A DNA stretch of 64,000 nucleotides, taken from assembly GCA_016718345.1 (NCBI GenBank), contig JADKDN010000009.1, forward strand, positions 25,563 through 89,562, written 5' to 3'. A program made the position numbers and the translations under genes. Below, piece by piece: positions 46,894 to 57,290 of the stretch. Each line of letters starts with the position of its first letter. Within the stretch, counting starts at the first letter, position 1. The stretch is from Flavobacterium sp. (GTDB lineage Bacteria > Bacteroidota > Bacteroidia > Flavobacteriales > Flavobacteriaceae). Below the pieces are notes generated by a model. It saw only the letters and a program-made list of their open reading frames with translations. It had not been told where the DNA came from and made no database searches.

Positions 46894-47095
46894 AGATGAA
46901 AAGGTTGATTTAATCAACCTTTTTTTATGGGCTAAAACAGGCATAACCTAACATAAAATAGATCCAAAAATTATTTTATCAGCTGCTGATATTAAAGTAT
47001 ATAACATATTGTCTTTCTCAAGGAAAGCAATTTTGAATTCAATTAAAATTGCTAACTTTGTGAAAAATACAACAAATACTAATCAAAAAGTTACA

Positions 47096-48649
47096 ATGAC
47101 AACAATAGCTCAACAATTTGGAATGACAGAGGCGCTTCAACAATTAGGTGTAAAAGATATAAATGAAGGAACTTCAACAGGACAAAATTATTTTTCAAAT
47201 GGCGAAATTCTCGAGAGTTACTCACCAGTAGACGGGCAACGTATTGCTTCGGTAAGAACTTCAAATCTTGCTGATTACGAAAAGGTAATGCAAACAGCGA
47301 CAGAAGCTTTCAAAATATTTCGACTCATGCCTGCTCCACAAAGAGGAGAAATAGTACGTCAGTTTGGCGAAAAATTACGTAAAAATAAAGAAGCATTAGG
47401 TAAATTAGTTTCCTATGAAATGGGTAAATCCTTGCAAGAAGGTTATGGTGAAGTACAAGAAATGATTGATATCTGTGATTTTGCTGTTGGTTTATCTCGT
47501 CAATTGCATGGATTGACAATGCATTCAGAACGTCCGGGACACAGAATGTACGAACAATATCATCCTCTAGGAATTGTAGGAATTATTTCAGCCTTCAATT
47601 TTCCAGTTGCGGTTTGGAGTTGGAATACCGCTTTAGCTTGGATTTCAGGAGATGTATGTGTTTGGAAACCTTCAGAAAAAACACCACTATGCGGAATTGC
47701 ATGTCAAAATATAATTGCTGAAGTAATCAAAGAAAATAATTTGCCCGAGGGAATTTCTTGTCTAATTAATGGAGATTATAAAGTGGGGGAATTAATGTCC
47801 AAAGACACTAGAATACCTTTAGTTTCCGCGACAGGTTCAACCCGTATGGGAAAAATTGTTGCACAAACTGTGGCTGGACGTTTAGGGAAATCGTTATTAG
47901 AGTTAGGAGGAAACAATGCTATAATTGTAACTCCCGATGCCGATATTAAAATGACTGTAATTGGAGCAGTATTTGGAGCGGTTGGAACTGCTGGTCAACG
48001 TTGTACTTCAACCCGACGATTAATCATCCATGAAAGTATTTACGATAAAGTTAAAGATGCGATTGTATCGGCTTATGGACAATTAAAAATAGGCAATCCT
48101 CTAGATCAAAAAAACCATGTTGGACCATTAATAGATAAACATGCTGTAGCGATGTATACTAATGCACTTTCAAAAGTAGTAGCCGAGGGTGGAAAAATCC
48201 TCGTAGAAGGGGGTGTCCTTTTTGGTGATGGATATGAAAGTGGTTGTTATGTAAAACCAGCAATTGCTGAGGCGAATAATTCCTTCGAAATTGTTCAGCA
48301 TGAAACTTTTGCTCCCATATTGTATTTATTGAAATATTCGGGTAGCGTTGAAAATGCTATTGAAATACAAAATGGAGTTGCACAAGGATTGTCATCTGCA
48401 ATAATGACCAATAACTTGAGAGAAGCGGAATTGTTTTTATCTGTTTCAGGTTCCGATTGCGGAATTGCCAATGTGAATATTGGAACATCTGGAGCAGAAA
48501 TAGGAGGTGCTTTTGGTGGGGAAAAAGAAACTGGTGGAGGACGCGAATCAGGCTCTGACGCATGGAAAATTTATATGAGACGACAAACCAATACCATTAA
48601 TTATACTGCAAATTTACCCTTAGCCCAAGGAATCAAGTTTGATTTGTAA
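47096..48649 (+). CDS. amaB: aldehyde dehydrogenase family 7 (L-piperidine-6-carboxylate dehydrogenase)
   Basis: SAFNFP, LELGGNNA, TAGQRCT, GAFGGEKETGGGRESGSD. Confidence 0.85.
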   Translation: MTTIAQQFGMTEALQQLGVKDINEGTSTGQNYFSNGEILESYSPVDGQRIASVRTSNLADYEKVMQTATEAFKIFRLMPAPQRGEIVRQFGEKLRKNKEALGKLVSYEMGKSLQEGYGEVQEMIDICDFAVGLSRQLHGLTMHSERPGHRMYEQYHPLGIVGIISAFNFPVAVWSWNTALAWISGDVCVWKPSEKTPLCGIACQNIIAEVIKENNLPEGISCLINGDYKVGELMSKDTRIPLVSATGSTRMGKIVAQTVAGRLGKSLLELGGNNAIIVTPDADIKMTVIGAVFGAVGTAGQRCTSTRRLIIHESIYDKVKDAIVSAYGQLKIGNPLDQKNHVGPLIDKHAVAMYTNALSKVVAEGGKILVEGGVLFGDGYESGCYVKPAIAEANNSFEIVQHETFAPILYLLKYSGSVENAIEIQNGVAQGLSSAIMTNNLREAELFLSVSGSDCGIANVNIGTSGAEIGGAFGGEKETGGGRESGSDAWKIYMRRQTNTINYTANLPLAQGIKFDL

Positions 48650-48672
48650 ATGCCTTAAAGGCTATAAATAAA

Positions 48673-48702
48673 AAAAGGCTGCAAATATATTTGCAGCCTT
48701 TT
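48673..48702. terminator. bidirectional terminator between convergent genes
   Basis: AAAAGGCTGCAAAT-at-ATTTGCAGCCTTTT. Confidence 0.75.
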
Positions 48703-48719
48703 CATTATAAATTTATTTA

Positions 48720-49493
48720 TTATTTCCTATCAGATAATTTAGACAACAATCTAAGGAATTCAATATACAACCAAACGAGTGTAATCATCAATCCCATAGC
48801 GCCATACCATTCCATATATTTCGGAAGTCTTCTTTCTACTCCTTTTTCAATTTGATCAAAATCTAGAAAGAGATTTAAAGCAGCGATTACAATTACAAAT
48901 ACACTTATACCAATGCTCATTAATGAACTGCCGTAATGAACAGGAACGAAACTCGTAAATAAAGAGAACAACCAAGACACTAGATAGTAAGTAGCAATGG
49001 CTAATGTGGCAGCTATAACTACTGATTTAAATTGTTCAGTCACTTTGACGATTTGGTATTTGTATAATCCTAAGCATATCAAAAATGTCACTAAAGTGGC
49101 ACCCACAGCCTGAATTACGATTCCTGGATATCGGGTTTCAAATATTGCTGAAATTCCTCCTATAAAAAGTCCTTCAAATAAAGCATAAGCTGGAGCTAAG
49201 TAACCGGAGTATTCAGGTTTAAATACTGAAATTAGCACCAAAACAAATCCTATGATTGCACCACCAATAGCTGGCACAAATGGATTCATGCCGTTAAAAG
49301 TTAGCCACCAAATCACCATTGCAGAAGCACTTAGTAAAAGAAACAAAATAAAACTTTTATTAATAGTACCCGATAATGACATCTCGTTACTATAGTCTAT
49401 TATAGTAGCTTGGTGAACTTCTTCTTTATTTGAAAGTGTTGTAGAACTAAAAATTTTATTATTTAAAAATGGGTTTTTTGAATCTGAACTCAT
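48720..49493 (-). CDS. Bax inhibitor-1/YccA-like membrane protein
   Basis: LFLDFDQIE...MEWYGAMGLMITLVWLYIEFLRLL. Confidence 0.85.
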   Translation of the reverse strand: MSSDSKNPFLNNKIFSSTTLSNKEEVHQATIIDYSNEMSLSGTINKSFILFLLLSASAMVIWWLTFNGMNPFVPAIGGAIIGFVLVLISVFKPEYSGYLAPAYALFEGLFIGGISAIFETRYPGIVIQAVGATLVTFLICLGLYKYQIVKVTEQFKSVVIAATLAIATYYLVSWLFSLFTSFVPVHYGSSLMSIGISVFVIVIAALNLFLDFDQIEKGVERRLPKYMEWYGAMGLMITLVWLYIEFLRLLSKLSDRK

Positions 49494-49567
49494 AGTTTTT
49501 ACATTTTATTTTATCAAAAGTAAATTTTATTTTTTAGAAGAATGTTTAATAATTCTTAATTTTATAA

Positions 49568-49598
49568 AAATCCGTTCCGAATTTATCGGAACGGATTT
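49568..49598 (-). terminator. pyk terminator
   Basis: AAATCCGTTCCGA-attta-TCGGAACGGATTT. Confidence 0.7.
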
Positions 49599-49619
49599 GA
49601 GAATTGTTTGGGATAGTTT

Positions 49620-51053
49620 TTATTTCTCTATTTCAGAAACTCTTAGAGTATTTACCATTCCTTTGTCTGTTATTGGCATGGCTGCTAAGTTGATAAGAAA
49701 ATCACCTTTTTTTACGAATCCTTTTTTTCTTGCAATTTCATTCACATCAGTAACGGTGTCATCAGTACTTACATTTTTTGCATAGTAAAATGATTTTACA
49801 CCCCATAATAAATTAAGCTGTGTAAGAATTCTTTTATTAGACGTAAAAACTAAAATATGTGCCGATGGTCTCCAAGCCGAAATTTGAAAAGCGGTATAAC
49901 CACTGTTTGTCAAAGTACAAATAGCCTTAGCTTTTATTACATTTGCCATAGATGCAGCGTGATGACAAATAGTTTTAGTAATAAATCGATTTGTTCTTAC
50001 TTGAGGTGTGTTTTGAGGAACTTGTATTAGTGGAGAATCTTCAACAGCTTCGATAATTTGTGTCATTTTTTCAATTACCTGAACGGGATAATTACCTGTT
50101 GCAGTTTCTCCAGATAGCATTACCGCATCAGCTCCATCCATTACAGAGTTGGCAACATCATTTACTTCAGCACGGGTCGGTGTTAAACTTGAAATCATTG
50201 TTTCCATCATTTGGGTGGCAACAATTACAGGTATTCTAGCTGTTTTTGCTCTACGAATCAATTCTTTTTGTACCAAAGGTACTTCATGAGCGGGAAGTTC
50301 AACTCCTAAATCACCACGAGCCACCATCAAAGCATCACAATAAGCAACAATTCTGTCAATATTCTCTAATGCTTCAGGCATTTCAATTTTGGCAACAATA
50401 GGAATTTTATATTCAGAGTGTTTTGCAATTAACTCTTGTAAATCTTGTAAATCTCTAGGTGTTTTTACAAATGAAAGTGCTATCCAGTCTAGTTTTTGTT
50501 CGATAGCGAAAATAGCATCAGCAACATCCTTTTCGGTCATCGCAGGAAGCGAAATCTTCGTGTTAGGAAGATTCACACCTTTTTTAGATTTTAGTTCTCC
50601 GCCTTGTATTACTTTGGCAAGGACTTCTGTTTTTTTGTCCGTTTCAATAATTTCGAAAATTAATTTCCCATCATCCAAAAGAATTCTCTCGCCAGGATTA
50701 ACATCATTTGGGAAATTTTTATATTTCATAAAGACTTTTTTAGCCGTTCCTATAATGTCTTCTGCGGTTGTAAATGTTATTAAATCGCCATCATTTACGA
50801 CAACTCCTTCTTCCATAACTCCAACACGGAGTTTAGGACCTTGTAAATCACCAAGAATTGCTGTTGTGTATCCAAATTCTTCATTGAGACCGCGAATGAT
50901 ACTAATTTTTTCTTTTACATCAGCATAATCAGCATGCGAGAAATTTACTCTAAAAACATTTACACCTGCATCTACCATTTTTTTGATGGTTTCGCGAGTA
51001 CTACAAGCTGGTCCTAGTGTGGCTACAATTTTCGTTTTCTTGTTTGTCGACAT
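49620..51053 (-). CDS. pyk: pyruvate kinase
   Basis: KTKIVATLGPA, DLQGPKLR, MVARGDLGVE, MLSGETA. Confidence 0.97.
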   Translation of the reverse strand: MSTNKKTKIVATLGPACSTRETIKKMVDAGVNVFRVNFSHADYADVKEKISIIRGLNEEFGYTTAILGDLQGPKLRVGVMEEGVVVNDGDLITFTTAEDIIGTAKKVFMKYKNFPNDVNPGERILLDDGKLIFEIIETDKKTEVLAKVIQGGELKSKKGVNLPNTKISLPAMTEKDVADAIFAIEQKLDWIALSFVKTPRDLQDLQELIAKHSEYKIPIVAKIEMPEALENIDRIVAYCDALMVARGDLGVELPAHEVPLVQKELIRRAKTARIPVIVATQMMETMISSLTPTRAEVNDVANSVMDGADAVMLSGETATGNYPVQVIEKMTQIIEAVEDSPLIQVPQNTPQVRTNRFITKTICHHAASMANVIKAKAICTLTNSGYTAFQISAWRPSAHILVFTSNKRILTQLNLLWGVKSFYYAKNVSTDDTVTDVNEIARKKGFVKKGDFLINLAAMPITDKGMVNTLRVSEIEK

Positions 51054-51058
51054 TTGTT

Positions 51059-51547
51059 TTAAAAAATTAAATTGTTTTTTGATTTTATTTTTTCAGGAAT
51101 TACAGCATAAACTGATGCAATTCTCTCAATTGAATTAATTTGTTTTATTATTTGATTGATATCAAATATGCCTTTGTTGTTTTTTATTTTCAAAAAATAA
51201 TCTACTTTTTTAAGTTCTGGGAGCAAATATACTTTGGTCGATATTTCAACTGCAGTATTCAAAAAGAGATTTTGCCCAGCACTTGTTTTTTTTACAATTA
51301 TTTCATTTTTATTTGGTATCAAATTCCAAATCAAACCGTTTTTTAAATCGTCAAAAGCAAATTTAGAGAAAAATGCTTCACCTTCTTTTACAGTTACGCT
51401 TATATCCTCTTTACATTTACTTAATATAATGGGCAATTTTTGATTGATGAAATACGCTAACCTGTAACCTTCCAATACGGAATGTATGGCAATAAGGTCA
51501 TAATCTATTTCATCAAATTCATCAAGGTGTAACTTGAGTATGGCCAT
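51059..51547 (-). CDS. IPExxxVDY family protein
   Basis: LLPELKKVDYFL motif; located between rnc and pyk. Confidence 0.8.
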   Translation of the reverse strand: MAILKLHLDEFDEIDYDLIAIHSVLEGYRLAYFINQKLPIILSKCKEDISVTVKEGEAFFSKFAFDDLKNGLIWNLIPNKNEIIVKKTSAGQNLFLNTAVEISTKVYLLPELKKVDYFLKIKNNKGIFDINQIIKQINSIERIASVYAVIPEKIKSKNNLIF

Positions 51548-51634
51548 TATTTGAATAAAAAAATATCGCGTAAATGTAGTGCATTTTAGTAAAGAATAAA
51601 CAATTTGAAAAGATAACTTAGTCTAAATTTAGCA

Positions 51635-51650
51635 ACGAAAACGTTGTAGT
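51635..51650. promoter_or_regulatory. operator-like motif upstream of the IPExxxVDY-pyk genes
   Basis: ACGAAAACGTTGTAGT. Confidence 0.5.
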
Positions 51651-51665
51651 TTACACTAAATTAGA

Positions 51666-52409
51666 TTATTTGCCATCTATTTTTTCTTGAAATGCAAAAT
51701 AGGCCCTTCTTGAGGCAATTTCTTCAGCTTTCTTTTTTGAAGTAGCTCTAGATTTTGCCACGGTTTTATTATCAATACTTAATTTAACACCATATAAACG
51801 TTCGCCACCAATTCCGTTGTCTTCAAAAACATCATAGTGAAATGATTTTTTTTCTTTTTGGCATCACTCAATCACCAAACTTTTATAACTGATTACTTTT
51901 CCCTCCAGTTTTGGAATGTCGACATAGGGAATCAAAACCCTTTTTTGAATAAATTTTTCACAAAATAAATATCCTCTATCTAAGTATATAGCCCCAATAA
52001 GCGCCTCAAAAATGTTTCCATGGATATTCTCTCCAAAGTGATTTGAAGGAACTTTACTTTTAATAAATTGAATTAAATTTAAATCTCTCCCTAGTTCATT
52101 TAGATGTTCTCTACTAACAATTTTGGAACGCATTTTTGTTAAATACCCCTCGTCTCCAGTAGGAACTTTTTTGAAAAGATGTGCAGCAATTACTGAACTG
52201 AGCATTGCATCGCCAAGAAACTCTAATCGTTCGTAACTAATTGCATTTCCGTTTTCATCTAGTTTATTGGTCGAACGATGAATAAAAGCTTTTTCGTAAA
52301 TTTCAATTTTTAAAGGTTTGAAACCTAAGATTTTTTCAATTTCAGTAAAAAAAATCCCGTTATCAGAAGAACGGGAGTTTTTAAATAGTTGTTGAATAAT
52401 ACGTTTCAA
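51666..52409 (-). CDS. rnc: ribonuclease III (in-frame TGA at 51864-51866 before the dsRBD)
   Basis: ERLEFLGDA signature; same frame continues CQKEKK...SKKKAEEIASRRA. Confidence 0.93.
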
Positions 52410-52411
52410 AA

Positions 52412-53664
52412 TTATAAGTCTAATTTTTTTACTAAAACACAGGCATTGTGTCCTCCAAAACCAAAGGTGTTACTCATTATTACTTTCATCTCTCTTTTTT
52501 GTGCTTTGTTGAAAGTGAAATTTAGTTTAGGGTCTATGTTTTCATCATCTGTAAAATGATTAATTGTAGGGGGAACAATTCCATGTTTTATTGATAAGAT
52601 ACAAGAAATAGTTTCTATTGCACCTGCAGCACCCAATAAATGACCCGTCATCGATTTTGTCGAATTCAAATTCATCGTGTAAGCATGTTCACCAAAGACA
52701 TGAAGAATAGCTTTACTTTCGGCTATATCTCCTAGAGGCGTTGAAGTTCCGTGCATGTTTACTCCGTCAACATCTGTAGGTTTTAAACCAGCATCTCTCA
52801 AACAGTTAATCATTACATTTTTTGCTCCTAATCCTTCAGGATGTGGAGCGGTAATATGGTGAGCATCTGCAGACATTCCACCACCACCTATTTCACAATA
52901 TATAGTAGCGCCTCTTGCAACGGCATGTTCATATTCTTCGAAAACTAAAGCGCCAGCTCCTTCGCCTAAAACAAAACCATCTCGGTCTTTATCCATAGGT
53001 CTTGAAGCCGTTTTTGGATCATCATTTCTAGTAGATAGCGCGTGCATGGCATTAAATCCACCCATTCCAGCAATTGTAACTGCTGCCTCAGACCCACCAG
53101 TTACCATAACATCTGCATGACCCAATCGTATGTAATTGAACGCATCAATCATAGCATTTGTAGAGGAAGCACAAGCTGAAACAGTAGTAAAATTAGGACC
53201 TCTAAAACCATATTTGATTGAAATATGACCTCCAGCAATGTCAGCAATCATTTTTGGGATGAAAAAAGGATTAAATTTTGGTGCACCACTTCCATTGACA
53301 AAATCAGTAACTTCCTGTTGAAACGTTTCTAATCCGCCAATTCCTGAACCCCAAATAACACCAACTCTATCTTTATCTAACTTTTCAAAATCAAAATGGG
53401 CATCTTTAACAGCTTCATCGGATGAAACTATGGCATATTGTGCGTAGCGATCCATTTTTCTTGCTTCTTTACGGTCAAAAAATCTTCAACATTGAAATTT
53501 TTTAATTCACAAGCAAATTTGGTTTTGAAATGTGTTGTATCAAAATAAGTTATAGGAGCAGCTCCACTAACTCCATTAATTAGATTATTCCAATACTCCT
53601 GTATAGTATTTCCAATGGGAGTAAGAGCTCCTAAACCAGTAACAACAACTCGTCTTAATTCCAT
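52412..53664 (-). CDS. fabF: beta-ketoacyl-ACP synthase II (indel near 53478)
   Basis: RRVVVTGLG, TTVSACASS, HGTST, GHLLGAAG, NTFGFGGHN. Confidence 0.96.
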
Positions 53665-53845
53665 ACGCAAGCGTTTTTTAAATTTTGAGTTTAAACAAAT
53701 AATACCTATGCTTTTTTCTATGTAAAATCATAAAAAGACACAGGTATTACAATAAATTATACTATTGATTGAAACACAATCAGTGGTTTAAATTTAAAAA
53801 ATAATAACACCTACAATTAATAGGATAATTGTAGGTGTAAATGTA

Positions 53846-54082
53846 TTATTTTTTAGCTTCTTCGATGTAAGAAATAGCCTGACCAACAGTAGCGATGTTT
53901 TCTGCTTGGTCGTCTGGAATTTGAATATCAAATTCTTTTTCGAACTCCATGATAAGCTCAACAGTGTCTAATGAATCAGCTCCTAAATCGTTCGTGAAGC
54001 TTGCTTCTGTTACAACTTCGTTCTCGTCAACGCCTAATTTATCTACGATAATCGCTTTAACTCTTGATGCAATGTCTGACAT
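53846..54082 (-). CDS. acpP: acyl carrier protein
   Basis: [12 protein letters not shown]. Confidence 0.98.
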   Translation of the reverse strand: MSDIASRVKAIIVDKLGVDENEVVTEASFTNDLGADSLDTVELIMEFEKEFDIQIPDDQAENIATVGQAISYIEEAKK

Positions 54083-54322
54083 AATCTTTAATTTTAAAAT
54101 TTAATTTGTTGGCAAAAATAAAAAACTTTATTTTAAAACAACGGTTTAGTTAATAAATATAGTTACGAATTTAAAAAAAAAAATTAACAAAGACAGCTTA
54201 ATTTTATTTATTATCGTTTATTATTCTTTTTTTTGTGTGGTAAAAGTATAGTACACAAGAGATGACCTTTGTAAATACTAGGTTGTGAAGTGCTGTATCG
54301 ACTTTTTTTATAAATAGAACCT

Positions 54323-54898
54323 ATGCTTAATAGAATAAAAAACATTGTACTATTTGCCTCAGGATCTGGTAGTAACGCCGAGCAAATAGTGTCCTATTTC
54401 AACAAAAAAACAGCGCCAAAGTTGTTGGAATTTTTTCTAATAATAGCAATGCTAAAGTACTAGAAAGGGCTAAAAGATTGAATGTTCCAACAGAAGTCTT
54501 TGATAAGATAGAATTAAATGAAGGAAACGTTTTAGAGAAACTAAAGCTGTATAAGCCCGATTTAATTGTACTTGCAGGATTTTTATGGAAGTTTCCAGAA
54601 CATATTATCAAAGAATATCCCAATAAAATAATCAATATTCATCCAGCACTTTTGCCAAATTATGGTGGAAAAGGAATGTATGGAATGCATGTTCATCAAG
54701 CGGTTTTAAAAAATAAAGACAAGGAAACGGGAATTACGATTCATTATGTAAACGAAAATTATGATGAAGGGGAATTTATTTTTCAACAATCAGTAAATAT
54801 AGAAGGTTGCAGTACAGCCAGAAGAGATTGCAGAGAAAGTACATGTTTTAGAGCACAAGTATTTTCCAGCGGTAATTGAGCAAATCCTAAAGTCCTAA
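54323..54898 (+). CDS. purN: phosphoribosylglycinamide formyltransferase (two indels)
   Basis: FASGSGSNAE, INIHPALLP, TGITIHYV. Confidence 0.92.
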
Positions 54899-54913
54899 AT
54901 CTAAAATTTCAAA

Positions 54914-55379
54914 ATGTCTCATCAAGTTCACATTTACACTGACGGCGCCGCCAAAGGAAATCCTGGGAATGGTGGTTATGGCATAGTTATGGAATTAGTT
55001 GGAACACCTCATAAAAAAGAATTCTACGAAGGTTTCCGCTTGACAACAAATAATAGAATGGAACTTTTAGCCGTGATTGTAGGTTTCGAAAAGCTCAAAA
55101 ATCCCAACATGAAGGTTTTAATAATTTCCGATTCTAAATACGTTGTGGATTCAGTTGAGAAAAAATGGGTTTTAGGTTGGGAGAAAAAAGGTTTCGCTGG
55201 CAGAAAAAATTCTGATTTATGGAAACGCTTCCTAAAAGTGTATCGAAAACACCAAGTTGATTTCAAATGGATTAAAGGCCACAACAATCATCCTCAAAAC
55301 GAACGTTGCGATGAATTGGCTGTAATGGCTAGCTTGCAGAATCTTACGCCATGAGTTTTATGAACAAGATGCTAAGTGA
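54914..55379 (+). CDS. rnhA: ribonuclease HI (3' end probably affected by an indel)
   Basis: YTDGAAKGNPG, TNNRMEL, WIKGH, NERCDELA. Confidence 0.95.
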
Positions 55380-55411
55380 AAGTGAAAAAGGTTCTCAAAT
55401 AATCGTTGTAA

Positions 55412-55975
55412 CTATAAAACCTCAAAACTATTTTGATAAATTAGCAATGTTTCCTTTTTCCAAATGCGTACTTTTTTATTTTGATAACTAGGTTTTTGCA
55501 ACAGCTGTTTTTCGTTGAATTGTAGTAAATAAAACTGTAAATCATCAATAGCAAAATGTTCTACTTTTATTTCATAGCTAGCAATAAACCCAATAGCTTT
55601 TTGTTCGACATAAATTCCAGAGTTAAAATTTTCGATGATTTCTGTTTTATGAATGTTGTATAAAGGAAAAAGCAATTGTTCTTGATTCAAATCTTTGATG
55701 TGGAGTTTTTTAATTTTCTTTCCATCTAGTATGATTTCGATTTGGTTTTTAGGTGTGTTTAATAATCCAGACCACTTTTTACCAGGCAAATTTTCGACAG
55801 ATGAAATAGCGGGAATTTTGAGATAATAATAGAAAAAAGGATCTAATAAAGCTTGTGATAATGAGCGTTTCATTTTATCAGCCACTTTCAAGCATGCACT
55901 TAAATCTTCTTCACTACATTCGAACTTTTTGAGTGACCAGCTTTCGCCGTGAAGATTGATTTTGAGTGTTTGCAT
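55412..55975 (-). CDS. hypothetical protein
   Basis: 187-aa intact ORF 21 nt downstream of the beta-CASP gene; no motif recognised. Confidence 0.7.
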   Translation of the reverse strand: MQTLKINLHGESWSLKKFECSEEDLSACLKVADKMKRSLSQALLDPFFYYYLKIPAISSVENLPGKKWSGLLNTPKNQIEIILDGKKIKKLHIKDLNQEQLLFPLYNIHKTEIIENFNSGIYVEQKAIGFIASYEIKVEHFAIDDLQFYLLQFNEKQLLQKPSYQNKKVRIWKKETLLIYQNSFEVL

Positions 55976-55996
55976 TTAAATTTTGGGAATATAATA

Positions 55997-57290
55997 TTAT
56001 ATTTTATACGTCTGATTGTCTTCAAGTTCTAAAATGGTTTGGTCGAAAATGCTTTTATAGTCTTTCTTATTGTTTGTGTGTATTGGAATTATCGTTTTAG
56101 GATTTATTGCATTTGCATATTCTTTTAATGTTTCCACATCAGCGTGACCACTAGTGTGTATGTCAATTACTTTAAAATTATTATTCAGAAACAAATCAAT
56201 AAATTTTTGCGTTTTAGGTTGGTTTTTGTAACCAGACCACATGGAATATATAAGATTTCCATTTTTAATATTCATACTTTTCAAATCATTTACCATTGAC
56301 GACCTAACAAGAAGAACATAATCGGAAGAGTTATTTATAATATCCTTTTTGTCAATTTTATTAGAGGTATATTTATGAACTATTTCTTATATCCTTCACG
56401 AATTAATTTAGATGTTGGATGGTTATAAAAGTAAACTCCCATTCTCGGATAACCTTTTAAAAGAAGGAAGTTTTTGCAAATTCAGAAAGTTTTTCTAAAG
56501 ATGTGCGCCATAAACATCTACTACAAAAGTCTTTCTAGCTCTTAAACTGGCTTTATAAATAGAAACCAATCGATCTATATTTTGTGTTGAAGTAAAAACA
56601 TAATTTATGGAATTAGAATTTTTGAAACACTCCAAAAAATCATTTTCTATATCATCTTCCGTCTTGGTTTTTATAACATTTCTGCCAATTGTTGTTCCTT
56701 CCATTATCAAACAATCAACATTTTCGGGTGGGTTTTCAATAAATTTTTTATACACTTCTTTTTTGCGTCCGTGTGACCTGAAATCACCAGAATAGAATAT
56801 TTTTTGCCATTTGCTTCTATCAAAAAGAATAAGCATCAAAGGCTGAATGGTCGCTCCAATAAGGAGTTATCGTAAAATCGCCTATTTTAAATTTTTTCCA
56901 TCGCTCAAAATAATTTGGTTTTTCAATCTTGTTTTCCTGATTCAGAAAGATGTTGTTCAATTTTAAAATTTCGTGGGTTGCTTCTCCAATCCAAACAGGA
57001 ATATCTTTGTTCAAGTAGTGCATCAATCCATAATGATCTCCGTGAGAATGAGAAATTATCAAACCATTTATTTTTGAATTTTCAGAGAAGGCTTCTTTTA
57101 CATCGGGTAAAATACCTTTACTGATGAGTTCGTTTACAGATAAATTCTCGTATTCTCTAAAACTGAAAGGTTTTCCATTACTGCTCAACAACGGCATCCC
57201 AAAATCAAGTAATATTCTACTATTGTCTGATTGAAGCTCAATGCAAGAACCGCCTATTTCGTTGGTTCCTCTGTGGATGGTTAGGTTCAT
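55997..57290 (-). CDS. MBL-fold beta-CASP (RNase J-like) nuclease (several indels)
   Basis: HRGTNEIGGSC, LLDFG, ISHSHGDH, SDHSA, YSGDFRSHG, LIMEGT, IHTSGHA, IIPIHT across three ORFs. Confidence 0.85.

Noticed and set aside
50389-50928. 179-aa + strand ORF and the many other short antisense ORFs in the track
   Set aside because: Shadow frames lying wholly opposite well-supported genes, with no motifs
51864-51866. Alternative genetic code (TGA = Trp)
   Set aside because: Other Trp codons read are TGG, and TGA ends genes normally (e.g. 5489-5491, 20364-20366)
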